Below, in pieces: positions 1 to 14,023 of a stretch of DNA of 64,000 nucleotides (position 1 is its first letter; the number at the start of each line of letters is the position of its first letter). A model generated the notes under the pieces. The model had not been told where the DNA came from, ran no database searches, and saw nothing but the letters and a program-made list of their open reading frames with translations. The position numbers were made by a program, and so were the translations under genes. Where the stretch lies: NCBI GenBank assembly GCA_964016885.1, contig OZ024757.1, forward strand, positions 39,990,001-40,054,000, read 5' to 3'. The DNA comes from Eledone cirrhosa. Taxonomy: Eukaryota.

Positions 1-140
1 CATGGGGGTTCACAGGTGCTTGTTTGTGGGACGGGCCTATTTTGGGGTTAGCTGTCAATATATCAGATTACGCAGTCCCGGACCAAACACACTGACACAC
101 ACACAAACTACAAGCAGTTATCGATTATTTGTATATAGAT
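1..140 (-). mobile_element. Possible 5' end of a non-autonomous Helitron (runs off window)
   Basis: Minus strand begins A|TCTATATACAAATAATCG followed by a GT-rich tract, matching the Helitron 5'-TC terminus pattern. Confidence 0.35.
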
Positions 141-339
141 ATATAGTAAAAGGCGGATAATTTATTGGCCATCCAATAAAGTATGTAGATATGTATATAT
201 ATTTTATATATATATATATGATACTCTCTTTTTTTACTTTGACAGCTCACATCTATGCAGGTTTAGCTGGCCTCCTCCAAGGTATATCTCGTTGCAGGTG
301 TCTTGGGTAATTTTAATGATAGGGACCCCAGTCCTATCA

Positions 340-481
340 TCTCATTTCTACAACTGAGTAAACTGTAGCAACGTGAAATAAAGTGTCTTGCTCAAGGAAA
401 CAACATCACCCCGTCTGAGAATTGAACTCACAACCTTTCGATTGCAAGCCCAATGTTCTAACCACTAAACCATGTGCCTTC
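340..481 (-). mobile_element. tRNA-derived CORE-like SINE (family C), 5' part
   Basis: Minus: AAGGCACATGGTTTAGTGGTTAG (A box) ... GTGAGTTCAATTC (B box) ... TTCCTTGAGCAAGACACTTTATTTCACGTTGC; homologous to 23363-23608. Confidence 0.75.
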
Positions 482-1787
482 CTATATATGATAAGCTCCT
501 ACTAAGCGCGTTTACGGGAGTTTGTGGGGAGAACGGCACTATAATAAAGCTAGCTGTGAATATACTAGAATAAGCAGCCCTGAACCAAATCAAATGTGAT
601 CCTTTGTTGAGGCTTAGTATCCGGAAACCACTCTTGCCAGGGTTATATTCGAATACATTGGCAGCAGGATGTCGGATCTGAGAAGAGTGGTGAAATCTAA
701 TAAAGCTAACATTTGACTTTGTATCACAAAGGTGTCATGCAAGTGATCCATCATTTTGGACAATGGATAAGACCTAAATATTCCGTGTTAGATGAATATT
801 ACTTGAACATAAAGAATATCGGTTTGCGTTTCCTACTACTGCCCAACCGAAATTCATTGGATAGGGGTGTTTCACTGGACAACCGGGGATAAGATAGGAT
901 AAGATACTTAAAATATATTTTTACCCTTAAAAGACTTTTCCTCATTCTATCTATCTATAGTTCATAATTCAGAAACGGAGTCAGGGCGGAACGGATCTTA
1001 CACCTATTTAAATAAATACAAGTCCTACTCCCGGCCCTGAAATTCCTTGTGTAAGCTGAGTAAACTGGTATCCAAGGACATTAGAGTGTGTTAGGTTAAG
1101 ACATAACAGACCAGCCTGTATAAGAACTGAAGTAGCTATGATATTGGCCCTTACGCCAATAAAAGTCCACTGCCTTCATCATAAAATTCATCAAGCGCGC
1201 GAAATGAAATCGGAGCGTATTCTCACAATCGGATGTCACAGTTATTGCTTTCCGTTGAAAGGGTTTCTAATGAAATAGCAATAGTATTGATAGAGTAGAA
1301 AAATTGAATGAAGCGGGATGATATATATTGTTGGAGGTGAAGTTCGTGATATTCCGACATAATATAATATAATATCAGGATACTTCACAACGATTGGTCG
1401 ATAACGCTCGCAGCTTTTATCGTCTCGAAAGTATTCATGATCAATCTCAAATAATTTTTATCGAAAACAGATGAAAATAGGCGGAGAGGTTCTCATAGAT
1501 TAATTGTACTACTGCTAGTACTACTGTTGCTTATCACAACCGGACTAACTAGGTTGACTATAAAGACATATATTCCAGTTGGTACAAAACTCTATTTGGT
1601 TACTGTTTTTCAGTTCTTTGATATATACTTAAAAGTACCAATTCAGATTGAGAATATAGCCTTCAGATACGAGCTAGATATAACATTTTGGTAATATTTA
1701 CACGTACTTACATACGACACACACACAAACACCATATCTATGCAGAATTACATGTATGCGTGTATATATATATATATATTATATACA

Positions 1788-1882
1788 TATAAGTTTAGTT
1801 AAGAGGGGCATATATATATAAGTTTAGTTAAGAGGGGCATGTATATATATATGTGTGTGTGCCCCTCTTAACTAAGCTTATT
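1788..1882. repeat. 22-bp unit ATAAG(T/C)TTAGTTAAGAGGGGCA, two direct plus one inverted copy (4th copy at 2126-2147)
   Basis: Copies at ~1788, ~1817, inverted ~1860-1882, and 2126-2147. Confidence 0.85.
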
Positions 1883-1913
<31 letters not shown>

Positions 1914-1947
1914 TTATATATATATATTTATATATATATATATATAT

Positions 1948-2102
1948 AAATAACAGATTAAAGTTTAACCAAAGAATCGCTGTGCTTAAACTTTAATCTG
2001 TTATTTTAATAAATATTTGCTCTACGGTTCTTATATATTTGATATATATTTATCCTTATCGAGCCCTCTTTGGATTTTAGTCTTCAAATTTATTATTATT
2101 AC
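1948..2102 (+). mobile_element. Family A short element with inverted 5' duplication (Penelope-like terminus candidate)
   Basis: AAATAACAGATTAAAGTTTAA is inverted to TTAAACTTTAATCTGTTATTT; tail TTATCCTTATCGAGCCCTCTTTGGATTTTAGTCTTC shared with 36104, 47376, 56793. Confidence 0.75.
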
Positions 2103-2439
2103 TAGAGAGAGAGAGAAAGAGAAAGATAAGCTTAGTTAAGATGGGCACACACACACACATATATATATGCATATATACATACACAAGTATTAAGTATATT
2201 TCGAAGTCTTACGTAATTACTCATGTACGTAGTGTCACAATAAAATATGTTTTCAACGGATTTAAAGTACAGTACTCGAATGAATATTTTTTTTTACAAA
2301 TGTTGCTGGAATAATTTCAATGAGGAACATATCGATTTAATCATACAAAACCCAGACCCCATCCCACACCACAGCACTTTCGATAACAAGTTGTTTTAGA
2401 TGTACTATCAATTGGATATCCTGCTTGATATTAATGTGG

Positions 2440-2850
2440 CTGGAGAGAGAGAGAGAGAGAGAGAGGGAATTAGGAAGGAAGAGTGAGAAAGGATGAAAGA
2501 GGGATGGGGAAAAGCAAGTGAGAGGGAGTGTAAGGGAGAAGAAAATGGGAGAGAGTGGATAGAGAAAGGGGAGAGATTAGGAGAGGAAAGACAATAGTGA
2601 AATAAAGAGAGAAGGGAGAAAGAGGGGAAGAGAAATGGAGACAGAGAGGGGATATATTGGTAGAGGGCGAGCGAGAGAGAGGGTAGAGAGTGGAAGGGAG
2701 AGGGAGGAGAAAAGGGAGAGCGAAAGGGGAGAGAGGGAGGCGAGAGAGGGGAATATACGGGGAGAGAAAGAGAGATAAAGGAGAGAAAGGGGGACAGAAA
2801 GGCGGGGAGAGAGAGGGAGAAAAAGATAGAAGTGAGAAAGGGGTGGGTTG
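2440..2850. repeat. GA-rich low-complexity tract
   Basis: Degenerate (GA)n/polypurine. Confidence 0.9.
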
Positions 2851-3945
2851 TAGGGTGAAAATACATTTTCTCCGTGTGCATATATTTTACGTGTATATAT
2901 TTTAAACATGTGATTCTACATGTGTGTATATTTCACTCCATATAGAGCCGCTCCTTCACGGAATTGAGAGACAACAGTTCCGATACTATGAACATGTGGT
3001 TAGAATGTCTCAGGAAAGAATCACTGGAGAGATTTTACGGGCAAGACCAGATTGAAATCAAACTCATTACCTTACGACCTTCAGCTGAACAGACTAACCA
3101 CTACATACCGGACACCCACATATACAAATAACACACATAGACAAACATATATATAGAAACACCCACATACACACTGACTTGTTTACAGAAACACACAGTC
3201 GTATGTATATGTAGCTTTCTATAATTTTTACTGTGTGTGCGTGTGCGTGTGCGTGTGCGTGTGCGTGTGTGTACATGTGTGTATTAGTGTTAGTGTGTGT
3301 GTATTTGTAAAGATGTTCTTGAGTGTGTGTATGTGTTAGTATATATATATATATAGTGTGTGTGGGTGTGTGTGTGTTAGTGTTTGTATATATTGGTTTG
3401 ATTGAGTGTATATGTGTGTGTGTTAATATATAGGCGTGTATATGGGTATATGTAAACATGTTTGCGTGTGTGAGTGTTAATATACGTGTGTCTTTGTATA
3501 CATGGATTTGTTTTAGTACATATGTGTGTGTTAGTATTTGTTAGTATATGTAGTATATGTGTGTGTGTGAGTGTCAGTAAATGTGTATGTGTTTGTGTAA
3601 GTGTTAGTGTCAGTATTTGTATGTGTGTGTTTGGCTGAATGTTTTTTATGTTCGTGTTAATTGATTTTTTTGCTTCAGCAGAAATTCAGAATATTTTTGA
3701 TAAACAAAATATAACAAAAAACACAAAAAGATAAAGAAATAAAGCTACCCCCCCCCCAATCTCTGATTATTATTCTTCAAGTGTTCGATACTTTAAAATA
3801 TTAGAAAACATTGTAGATATCTAACCCGATATATGTGTCCCTCGGATCTATAAATAATATTTTCTGAACACTTGGAAAATTGAACATCTCCTCCAAGCGA
3901 CCATTGAAGAAGGAAAAATATATATTATATATTTATTTTGTACGA

Positions 3946-3976
<31 letters not shown>

Positions 3977-4142
3977 GAGAGAGAGAGAGAGGGTGGGTGG
4001 GGGGGGGGGGGAGAGAAAAATAAAGAGACTATAGATAGAGTGTGTGTGAGAGAGAAATATATTTTTAAATATTAGGAAGAAAACACGCACAAATACTTGA
4101 CTGGAACAATCCCCTGAAAGGTTTATACATACATGCATATGT

Positions 4143-4195
<53 letters not shown>

Positions 4196-4307
4196 TCTAT
4201 CTTTTGTAAATAATTTGTAGTAGGTTACTGGGGCTGTAGACAATTGATAAAGTCTTTAAGAGTTGCGTGTTTGCCGTTAGGGAATACAAGAATTCCCCCA
4301 TCGATCA

Positions 4308-4498
4308 GGTGGATTGGCAGAATCGATAGATGGTCGGACGCCATGCTTAGCAGCACAGACTTACGGCCTTTCGGGGTCTGAGTTCAAATCCCGCTGTGGT
4401 TAACTTTACCTTTCATCCTTACGGGGGCGATAAAAATAAGTACCAGTAATGCACTGGGTTAATTGCTGGCCTTGTGCCAAAAGTTGAAATAATAATTA
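4308..4498 (+). mobile_element. tRNA-derived Meta-domain-like SINE (family M), full length
   Basis: TGGCAGAATCG A box, GAGTTCAAATCCC B box, CCTTTCATCCTTACGGGGGCGATAAAAATAAGTACCAG central domain, GGCCTTGTGCCAAAAG tail. Confidence 0.9.
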
Positions 4499-5203
4499 TA
4501 TATATATATAGTAATTTCTGACCGGGAAGAAGAGAAGGCTTTCATTCTGTACCACAATAACGAATATTCGTATTCTGTTTCTCAGGAAACGTAGTTAAGT
4601 TTCTATTTATTTTAGTATCGCATTCAGTTGACATTTGACCATCAGCGTGCTTTTGGTTTTAGGAGGGAATTACCAAGGACAGGAGTGACTACGAAAGCTA
4701 CAATGGATAGGAGAGTCACGTGGCTCTCTAACTACAACAATTATACATTCATGTTGATGATGCTGATAATGATGATTAAGATCTTGATCATTCATCATCA
4801 TCATCATCATTCTAAATCCATTTGTGGCTTTATTCTTTGTCTGACAATACGACTACCTTTACCGACAAGTAGAGAATATATGAATTATGATGTCTTAAAT
4901 CTCATCGAGAATATATTGATCGTTGTTTATCATATTTTAGGATTTAACTCCGTCTGAAGTATTAATCTAATGCTTCCGTCTTAACCTTTTCTTTCATCCG
5001 TGTGTGTTGTACTATGTTGTGCTATGTCTACATCATTGATTCCTAAGTATTTCTAAGTATTAGCATAAAGCTCTTATCGCAGTTACTTTATCTAGAATAG
5101 TATTAATGCTCTTAATTAATTATCCTCTATTGAATGTGGCTTTGGCATATTTCTCCAATCCGATTTATAATCTATTCCTTTAATAAACGCTTCCATTCTC
5201 GCA

Positions 5204-5398
5204 GGACGTCATGCTTTGCAGCATAAAGTTATGGCCCTGTATGATATGAGTTCAAATCCTACCGAGGTTAACTTTGCCTTTCATCCTTACGGGGCCGATA
5301 AAATAAATTACCAGTCACGCACTGGGATGGATTTAATCGACTTACCCCTCCCTCAAAATTGCTGTGCTTGTGCTTATATAAGAAACCATTATTATTAT
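5204..5398 (+). mobile_element. SINE family M, 5'-truncated
   Basis: B box, GCCTTTCATCCTTACGGGGCCGATAAAATAAA domain, (ATT/ATC)n tail. Confidence 0.85.
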
Positions 5399-6317
5399 CA
5401 TCATCATCACCACCATGTTATCATTTGATAATTTGTTACGTTTTCGCTCTGTCAGATTTTATACTAGCACTATACCAAAAGAGTAAGCCATAGCCAATGG
5501 CCAAAACTTCCTTTTGGGTCATTCCTTCTTCAACTTTCTAACCCCCCCCCCCCATAGAATCCTTGCTGTTCCTACAAAGGCTGTTTACTGCATCAGTCCT
5601 GTCTTGGTGGTAATTCTTAGCATACTGCAAACCATTCTCTCTGATGTTTTAACGATTCTGTAATTTTTTACCTTCTAATCAAGATACGTTTAAAAAAACC
5701 TAAACTTAAACACCACTTCTCTCTTCAGAACGAAGATTATTTTTTTCAATTTAGATTCCGTATATATTTCTTCGAGCTAAGAGAGAAGATAAGGAAGAAA
5801 TAATCTAATGGGATTTGGTCAGACATAGAATGACGATTATAACATATCTTCAACGTTAACATTGCTATTCCGCAAAGTACACTTCACCAATCTTATTATT
5901 AAAAAATATTAATACATACGCTACACATATGCTATACATATGCTATACATTTCAGAATAAAAATTGTGCTCACATAGTAACGAAGACTGTATTTAAAAGA
6001 AGTTGTATTTGCCTGTAGTTACGATTAAAAACGGCTTCACGTTGCTCCTCGCGGCGGTCACACGGTGTAAGATTTTTATGAATGTGTGTGGATAATTAGA
6101 AGAGATGATTTATGAATATATTTTCAGTACGAAGTATAAAATTAACTGTAAAAAGTATGTATTTCCTGCAAATTTAATGTGGAAGATAGAGTATAAAGTC
6201 AACAAACGGTGCTGATAAATATAACGATAAAAAGTTTATATGAAAAATGTACGCGCGGATATACGCAAACATATTCATACATCTGTTCTCCTTTTCCTCT
6301 TTCAAACACTTTCTCCT

Positions 6318-6359
<42 letters not shown>

Positions 6360-6389
6360 TGTGTTGGTGTATATACGAGCGTACATATT

Positions 6390-6435
<46 letters not shown>

Positions 6436-6646
6436 ATGTGTATGTGTATGTGTATGTGTGTGTGTGTGTGTGTGTGTGTCTGTATATATAATGTATTTGA
6501 TGCATGAAAATGTATTTGATGTATTGCGCAAATTCAGTGTTGTTTATTTACTTAGAAATACTATTGCTTTCATTAATTTCACACTGAATTTACCCAATGC
6601 AATTCAAACTCGTTTATTTTGCTCTCCCTTTCTCTCCCTCATGCAA

Positions 6647-6706
<60 letters not shown>

Positions 6707-7589
6707 GAATGTATGTATACACACACATGCATGTGCCTATGTGTGTGGGTGCGTTCTGTATATTCCCTGCTTGCAAATGCGCTGGCAAGCTAATGTATTT
6801 ATATATGTATTTCTGTTTACACATTCATGTATATATGCAGGTTTGAAAATTTGTTCTCATTTGCCAAAAGAGACGAAATCATCTTTTTCATTTTATTCCT
6901 TTTTATACGTTTTCCTTATTATTACTCTTACTGTTATTGTAATTGTTGCTGTTGTTATTGATGCTGTTGTTGTTGGATAAAGAAGAAGCATCAGTAATTA
7001 TTTGCTCGTGAAAAGATCTAAAAATTTTGTTTTTTTCTTCATCATCAAATAAAATAAACAACTACAGGTTGGATTTGACTTATTCTCTGAGGGGTTTGTG
7101 AAACGAAAACGAAGAAAGAAAAATAAATATATATAAATTTAAACAGTGAGGAATTGAAATACAAACTGCTAAAAATCATTTAGAGATTTGTTTTCCCATA
7201 GAAATCTAAAATTCCCTCAGCGCAAGAAAAATAAATTTCAATACAGTTGAGCAGGACGTTGTGGAACGGACGAAAATAAAATGAAATTGATAAGAGAATC
7301 ATTACTTCAAACATGCATTGCATGTTTAAATTTGAAATCCTGGGAATTTTCAATAGGTTCTTGAATATTTGCATACAAATTTGTTTTGTTTGTTTCTGTA
7401 TAATATTGTTTCTTTTTTTCCTTTATTTATTTATTTATTTATTTATTCATCCTTTAGGTTTTTATACCTAATGCATAATTCATGGGGCGTTATTTAACAT
7501 ACTACAATAACTACACACAAAAAGTTTACAGAAAATTTTGCACGAATTATAACACTTCATTACGTAGACATGTATCGCATCGTATCACG

Positions 7590-7895
7590 AGAGAGAGAGG
7601 GGCAGAGAGCCAGAGAGAGAGAGAAAGAGAGAAAGACAGAGGCAGAGAGAGAACGAGAGAGAGAGAGAGAAAGAGAGAGAACGAGAGAGAGAACGAGAGA
7701 GAGAGAGTGAGAGAGAACAAGAGAGAGAGTGAGAGAGAACGAGAGAGAGAGAGAGAACGAGAGAGAGAGAGAGAGAGAACGAGAGAGAGAGAGAGAGAAC
7801 GAGAGAGAGAACGAGAGAGAGAACGAGAGAGAGAACGAGAGAGACAGAACGAGAGAGAACGAGAGAGACAGAACGAGAGAGACAGAACGAGAGAA
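7590..7895. repeat. (GA)n with GAGAAC minisatellite variants
   Basis: Repeated GAGAGAGAAC units. Confidence 0.9.
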
Positions 7896-8034
7896 AGTAA
7901 ATCTTACTACTAAAAATAGAAGTCTATTTTCCTTTATCTAACACTATAGGAAGGACGGATTGTCATATTGAGTCAAATTATTCCTTGGTATCGTAAAAAA
8001 CCCTGAAGAATTATGGCAAGAAAACGTCTTGTCG

Positions 8035-8060
<26 letters not shown>

Positions 8061-8066
<6 letters not shown>

Positions 8067-8144
8067 GTTGTTTCGGAAATCCCCGCCGTTTTCCTTATTA
8101 TGAAGTGTTATATCAACGACGGGAAATTATATTACAACCCAATA
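8061..8144. mobile_element. ~80-bp mariner-type MITE
   Basis: TA|TTGGGTTGT ... ACAACCCAA|TA terminal inverted repeats with TA flanks, next to (TA)n. Confidence 0.65.
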
Positions 8145-8283
8145 CAAACACACTTCGATGGAGGCATTTCACAACCTGGTGGACCCCATTTCCTCTCCAG
8201 GTTAGAACACAACAGATGTCGTTCATAGAAAGATAGAGAGTAAGAAAACGGAAGTAGAATAGAGACATAGGGTAAGAAATGAC

Positions 8284-8442
8284 CCCCAGTACAAGACTGG
8301 TACATTTTTATCGAGCCCGACATAACAAAGGATGAAAAGCAAAGTTGACCCACGCGAGATTTGAACTCAGAGAACAGAGAATCTGAATGAATGCTGCAAA
8401 GCATTTTATCTGAGGTTCTAAGGACCCTACCAATCACCACCT
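8284..8442 (-). mobile_element. SINE family M, diverged
   Basis: GGATGAAAAGCAAAGTTGACC...GATTTGAACTCAG is the reverse complement of the B box and central domain. Confidence 0.75.
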
Positions 8443-8466
8443 CGATGTCAGCATGCCTGGAGTCAA

Positions 8467-8744
8467 GGGCCTAGTTTTAGGGGGCTACCAGGGAACAAGT
8501 CCCTCCCCCCACTTTTTTGAAACGACTATTTTATATTTGTTGGTTATTTGATATAATATATCCTTTTTAAACTTATTTTTCTTATATCCGAACTTCAGTT
8601 GAATATATAAAATTTAATTAGCGTAAAATGTTACTTATGTGATAGAGTCTGGGAAAGACACCATAAGCAATACTAATATGCTCCTTTAAGAATCAACAAA
8701 TGTTGGTTTGTCCCCCTCACAATTTCAAGGCAAACGAGGCTCCT
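8467..8744. mobile_element. Putative non-autonomous DNA transposon (MITE)
   Basis: Imperfect TIR AGGGCCTAGTTT / AAACGAGGCTCCT; subterminal TGTCCCCC-like motifs at both ends; flanked by similar CCTGGAG(G)TCA direct repeats. Confidence 0.45.
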
Positions 8745-9136
8745 ACCTGGAGGTCAACCATTGTATATTTCTATTGCGTTGTACCGGCTTCTTGAAAAAG
8801 TATCGTTCCGTTTTTACATATCTCACAATGGCTTTCTATTAACAACAATAACATTAAATTTTTTAGATTCCTCTCTGTTCAGCACTGGCCTGTTTCCTAT
8901 CAAGTTACGACACGAAGTTCTAGCGTTTGGACTAATTGTATAATTTGTTATAAAGACGTAACATATATAAAAGCCACGAAGTGTTTGTTGGAGTAAAGAA
9001 TTAGATTTACCACTAAACATAATGTCGATTCTTTTGATTTGATTTCCGTACAATTGACATATACAAAATTTTACTTACAACAGTTTTCTTGTCCAGACAG
9101 CTATAATAGTAAACACATGTCGAAAGCCGTATATAT

Positions 9137-9180
<44 letters not shown>

Positions 9181-9181
9181 C

Positions 9182-9440
9182 ACTAGCAATGGTACCCGGC
9201 GTTGCATGGGATAACGTATTTGGAACGCGGACCGCCAACAGACCTAATCGTGGAAAAACTGCATGCCTGGACAATATGTAAATAAAATAAACCGAATACT
9301 CTGATGGCTGGATAATCTTTAAGATTTTACTCGATGAAGCAGGAAAAATGCAGGTTTTCACCTAATGCGGGCCCTAGGGGATCAATAAAATTAATTTTTT
9401 TTATGTGCATAATATGCCTTGAAATTTCGGGAAAATCGGC
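9182..9440 (-). mobile_element. Helitron 3' end fragment
   Basis: Minus strand ends CCCATGCAACGCCGGGTACCATTG-CTAG|T: subterminal hairpin plus CTAG terminus. Confidence 0.55.
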
Positions 9441-9527
9441 TATATATATATATATATGTGTATATATATATATATATATATAATGAATACAAAGACCAAA
9501 CCCCGAAGAAATCTTGATAAGGATTGT

Positions 9528-9567
<40 letters not shown>

Positions 9568-9599
9568 ACCCACTAAAAAAAAACCAAATAAAACGTGGT

Positions 9600-9690
9600 G
9601 TTTCGAATTTAAGGGGCTAAACACTCGCTTAAGGAGGAATGGTATCTTCTCAGAAGACCTTCTGCTGTCCATATCTCATGGGAGTGTGTT
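9600..9690 (+). repeat. Dispersed repeat, second copy at ~32920-33010
   Basis: GAATTTAAGG..TCGCTT..GAAGACCTTCTGCTG shared between the two loci. Confidence 0.6.
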
Positions 9691-9696
9691 ACAACA

Positions 9697-9881
9697 GTTA
9701 TGGTTTCTACGTTCTGATTTCAGACCCACTGAGGAGAACTTTTGTCTTTCATCCTACCCTAGTCAGAGCGAATCGATAAAATAAAATAAAATAAAATACC
9801 AGTTAAGTGCTGGGGTCGATATATTTTCCCCTCCTCACCACATATTTCTGACGTTTTGCCAATGTTAGTAACAATTATTAT
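9697..9881 (+). mobile_element. SINE family M, diverged
   Basis: TCTTTCATCCT...CGATAAAATAAA...TACCAGTTAAGTGCTGGGGTCGAT. Confidence 0.65.
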
Positions 9882-10059
9882 TCAGATCATCATCAGTATT
9901 ATATTTTTTATTGAAGAGAAATATATTGTTTAGTATGAGATAATTATGTATTGTTCTGAGTAGAATATATAAGTATATATACAAACATAAATTGATTCCA
10001 TCTTATCAGTTTTATCCATCATATTTTCCCTAATACACACGCACAGACAGACATTACAT

Positions 10060-10124
10060 ATATATATATATATATATTTATATAAATATATATATATTTA
10101 TATATATATATAAATATATATATT

Positions 10125-10156
<32 letters not shown>

Positions 10157-10183
10157 AATATATATATTTATATATAAATATAT

Positions 10184-10236
<53 letters not shown>

Positions 10237-10423
10237 AATATATATATTTATATATAAATATATATATTTATATATAAATATATATATATATATATAAATA
10301 TATATATTTATATATAAATATATATATTTATATAAATATATATATATAAATATATATATTTATATAAATATATATATATATATAAATATATATATTTATA
10401 TAAATATATATATATATATATAT
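10060..10423. repeat. (TA)n/TAAA microsatellite array
   Basis: Pure A/T tandem repeat. Confidence 0.95.
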
Positions 10424-10500
10424 AAATACATTATGAAGAGAGAAGAAACATTTAGATATAATTAGTAATAAAATGTATCATACCTAAACTGTTCCTAAAT

Positions 10501-10588
10501 TCCTCAACTACGTAGTTTCGTGGCATAAACAAAAACAATATATCAAAGACATAGAGTCCTTGCGAGGTCTGCCGACTTATCAAGAGGA
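10501..10588 (-). ncRNA. Type I hammerhead ribozyme, U3-A8 core variant
   Basis: Minus: UCCUC-UUGAUAA-GUCGGCA..long loop..UGCCAC-GAAAC-UACGUA-GUU^GAGGA; stems I, II and III all pair; lies in an element with a 22-bp inverted repeat at 10424-10445/10622-10643. Confidence 0.7.
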
Positions 10589-10799
10589 TACCTCATTTTA
10601 CTAGTCTCAAGAACGCGTCTACTTCTCTCTTCATAATGTATTTTTAACTCTGATACTGGTTCAGTCTAGTTCAAACTGAATTGGTCTGTCCCAGTCATTC
10701 ATTGAGCAACATCGGTGAAGTTGGCACCCTTAACTCACAGTTGGGTGCGGATGCACTCATGTATATATGTGTGTGTCCGCATGTATCTGTGTGTTTCTA

Positions 10800-10823
10800 A
10801 ATATATATATATAAATATATATA

Positions 10824-10873
<50 letters not shown>

Positions 10874-10902
10874 AATATATAAATATATATAAATATATAA
10901 AT

Positions 10903-10951
<49 letters not shown>

Positions 10952-11372
10952 AATATATATATATATAAATATATATATAAATATAAATATATAAATATAA
11001 ATATATAAATATAAATATATATATATAAATATATATATATAAATATATATATATAAATATATATATATAAATATATATATATAAATATATATATATAAAT
11101 ATATATATATAAATATATATATATAAATATATATATATAAATATATATATATAAATATATATATATAAATATATATATAAATATATATATAAATATATAT
11201 AAATATATATAAATATATATAAATATATATAAATATATATTTATATATATAAATATATATATAAATATATATATAAATATATATAATTATATATATAAAT
11301 ATATATAAATATATATTTATATATATAATTATATATATAAATATATATATATATATAAATATATATTTATAT

Positions 11373-11405
<33 letters not shown>

Positions 11406-11900
11406 AATATATATATAAATATATATTTATATATATAAATATATATTTATATATATATATATATAAATATATATTTATATATAAATATATATATATATAT
11501 AAATATATATAAATATATAAATATATATAAATATATAAATATATATTTATAAATATATATTTATATATATATAAATATATATTTATATATATATAAATAT
11601 ATATTTATATATATATAAATATATATTTATATATATATAAATATATATTTATATATATATAAATATATATTTATATATATATAAATATATATTTATATAT
11701 ATATAAATATATATTTATATATAAATATATATTTATATATATATAAATATATATTTATATATATATATATATATGTATAAATATATATATAAATATATAT
11801 ATGTATAAATATATATATATATATATATATATTTATTCATATATATATATATATATTTATTCATATATATATATATATATTTATTCATATATATATGTAT
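10800..11900. repeat. (TA)n/TAAA satellite array
   Basis: ~1.1 kb nearly pure A/T. Confidence 0.95.
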
Positions 11901-12572
11901 ATATTTAAAAAATTTATTCTTATATATATATTCATTCGTTTTCTCTATCATACACCATACCCATATATATATATATATATATATAAATAAAATGGTGGTG
12001 AATATATCTCAGAGAAAACAGAGAAAAGAATAAAGAACAGCATACATCTTAGAATACGGATACACTCAGCTGAGTTCTTTGATATCTAACTACAATATTA
12101 CTTTTAGCCATTTAATTACTATGACGATGTATAATTTCCGATTTTATGTGAAAGTTCTATAGTTGAAGTAAATATAAAAGTATGAGAATAAATTGACTTA
12201 AATTTATGAGTGGAAATTACAAACAAACAAAAAATAATTGTCTGCTACATAATTCCCCCTCATCTCCTCTTTCTCTCTCTACCCACCCCTCCCCTTCTTT
12301 ATCCTGCCATCTTCCATTCAATTATGATATTCGAGAGTCATTAACTTTATTTATCTGTATGTATGTATATAGATACATATATGTCTATCTAACTATACAT
12401 ACGTACGTACATATATACATATATATGTATAGAAATTTAGACATACATACATATAATACATATACCTATACATACAAACATATAATACATATAAATATAT
12501 ATAATACATATACCTATACATATAAATATATAATACATAAATATATATATACCTATACATATACATAATACA

Positions 12573-12618
<46 letters not shown>

Positions 12619-13282
12619 CACAATCATAAATATTATAAATAAATAATGAATATATCTATATATTTACTAAGCCTTTCATCATGATTAGATGACGTAACTG
12701 GACCACTGAAATATGTATAGTGTTTTCGTGGAACTAAAATTTTAAAGAAAGTTTTCAGTCAGGACTTCAGTAGTTTTTAAAGAATACTTAACTAAGTTCC
12801 TGCAGAAGAAAAAAATAAGACAAACAAGACGAATAAAACAAAGACGAAGTCTGTGCGGTTTCGAGCAGCGATCCGAAAGCTGATGGAGACACTTGCTCAA
12901 GAAACCAAGTAGTATGATCGAACCAGTAACAGAAGATGCGATTATGAAGAAAAAAAATATCATCTTAACTAAATTATTAAGATTCTGCTCACATATTTGA
13001 AGAAACGAAAACAAAAAGGAAAACAAAATCAAAACCACAAGTTAAGTATATATAAAGAAATATTATATATTCAGATATTTGCTTTAAAATCTATAAGTTT
13101 CCATTATATATTATTAATTTCATATCGATCGATTTCTTTACACATACAAAATTGAATATAGTTCACATAGATACATTCTATCTCGTTATTTATTCATATA
13201 TTTTCCCACTAGGTCATAATCTTATATGTTTTGCAATTCATGCACCATAGAAGTTGACATATGCTTTACATATATTATCATT

Positions 13283-13463
13283 CGGTATCGGTAGAGCGTC
13301 GGACAACTTGCTTTGTGTCAGAGAGTTAGAACAGTTTTACGTTCTGGGTTCAAATCCAGCCGGGTTTACCTTTGCCTTTCATCTTTATGTGGTCGATAAA
13401 ATAAAGTACCAGTAATGTACTGGAATAATTGCTGACATTGTGCCTAAAGTAGAAACAATTATT
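13283..13463 (+). mobile_element. SINE family M
   Basis: GTATCGGTAGAGCGTCGGAC, GGGTTCAAATCC, GCCTTTCATC..GTCGATAAAATAAAGTACCAG. Confidence 0.85.
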
Positions 13464-13787
13464 AACTTTATTATTGTCGTTAATATTATTATATTATTAC
13501 TATTGTTGTTGTAGATGTTGTGGCTTCATGATGGAAAAGCATTTGCTAAATAACAGTTAATCAATATAGTTATCACGTTACACAACACACTGTGTAAGTA
13601 GGATATTCATAAAAATCTGGGCGTGGTAAATATACATATGTTCTGTAGTGTGACATATACAATTGGCAACTGTCTATTACATGATGTTGAAATGTACGTC
13701 AAGACTTTAACCCTATATCACAAAGGCGTGGTTTGGATTGCGGTCAACAATGTACTTTTGAGAAGTATATATATATGATGTTTTTCA

Positions 13788-13822
13788 TATATATATATAT
13801 ATAAATATATATAATATATATA

Positions 13823-13862
<40 letters not shown>

Positions 13863-13872
13863 AATATATATA

Positions 13873-13907
<35 letters not shown>

Positions 13908-13914
13908 TATAAAT

Positions 13915-13945
<31 letters not shown>

Positions 13946-13992
13946 AATATATATATATATAAATATATATAAATATATATATATATATAAAT

Positions 13993-14023
<31 letters not shown>

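Noticed and set aside
924-986. CCCT..GAAAC-GGA-GTC-AGGG possible hammerhead relic
   Set aside because: Core reads TAAAAGA and stem II does not pair; too decayed to call
2408-2909. S/L/P- and E/R-rich ORFs (also 7482, 36863, 39560, 40058)
   Set aside because: Translations of (GA)n/(TC)n low-complexity tracts
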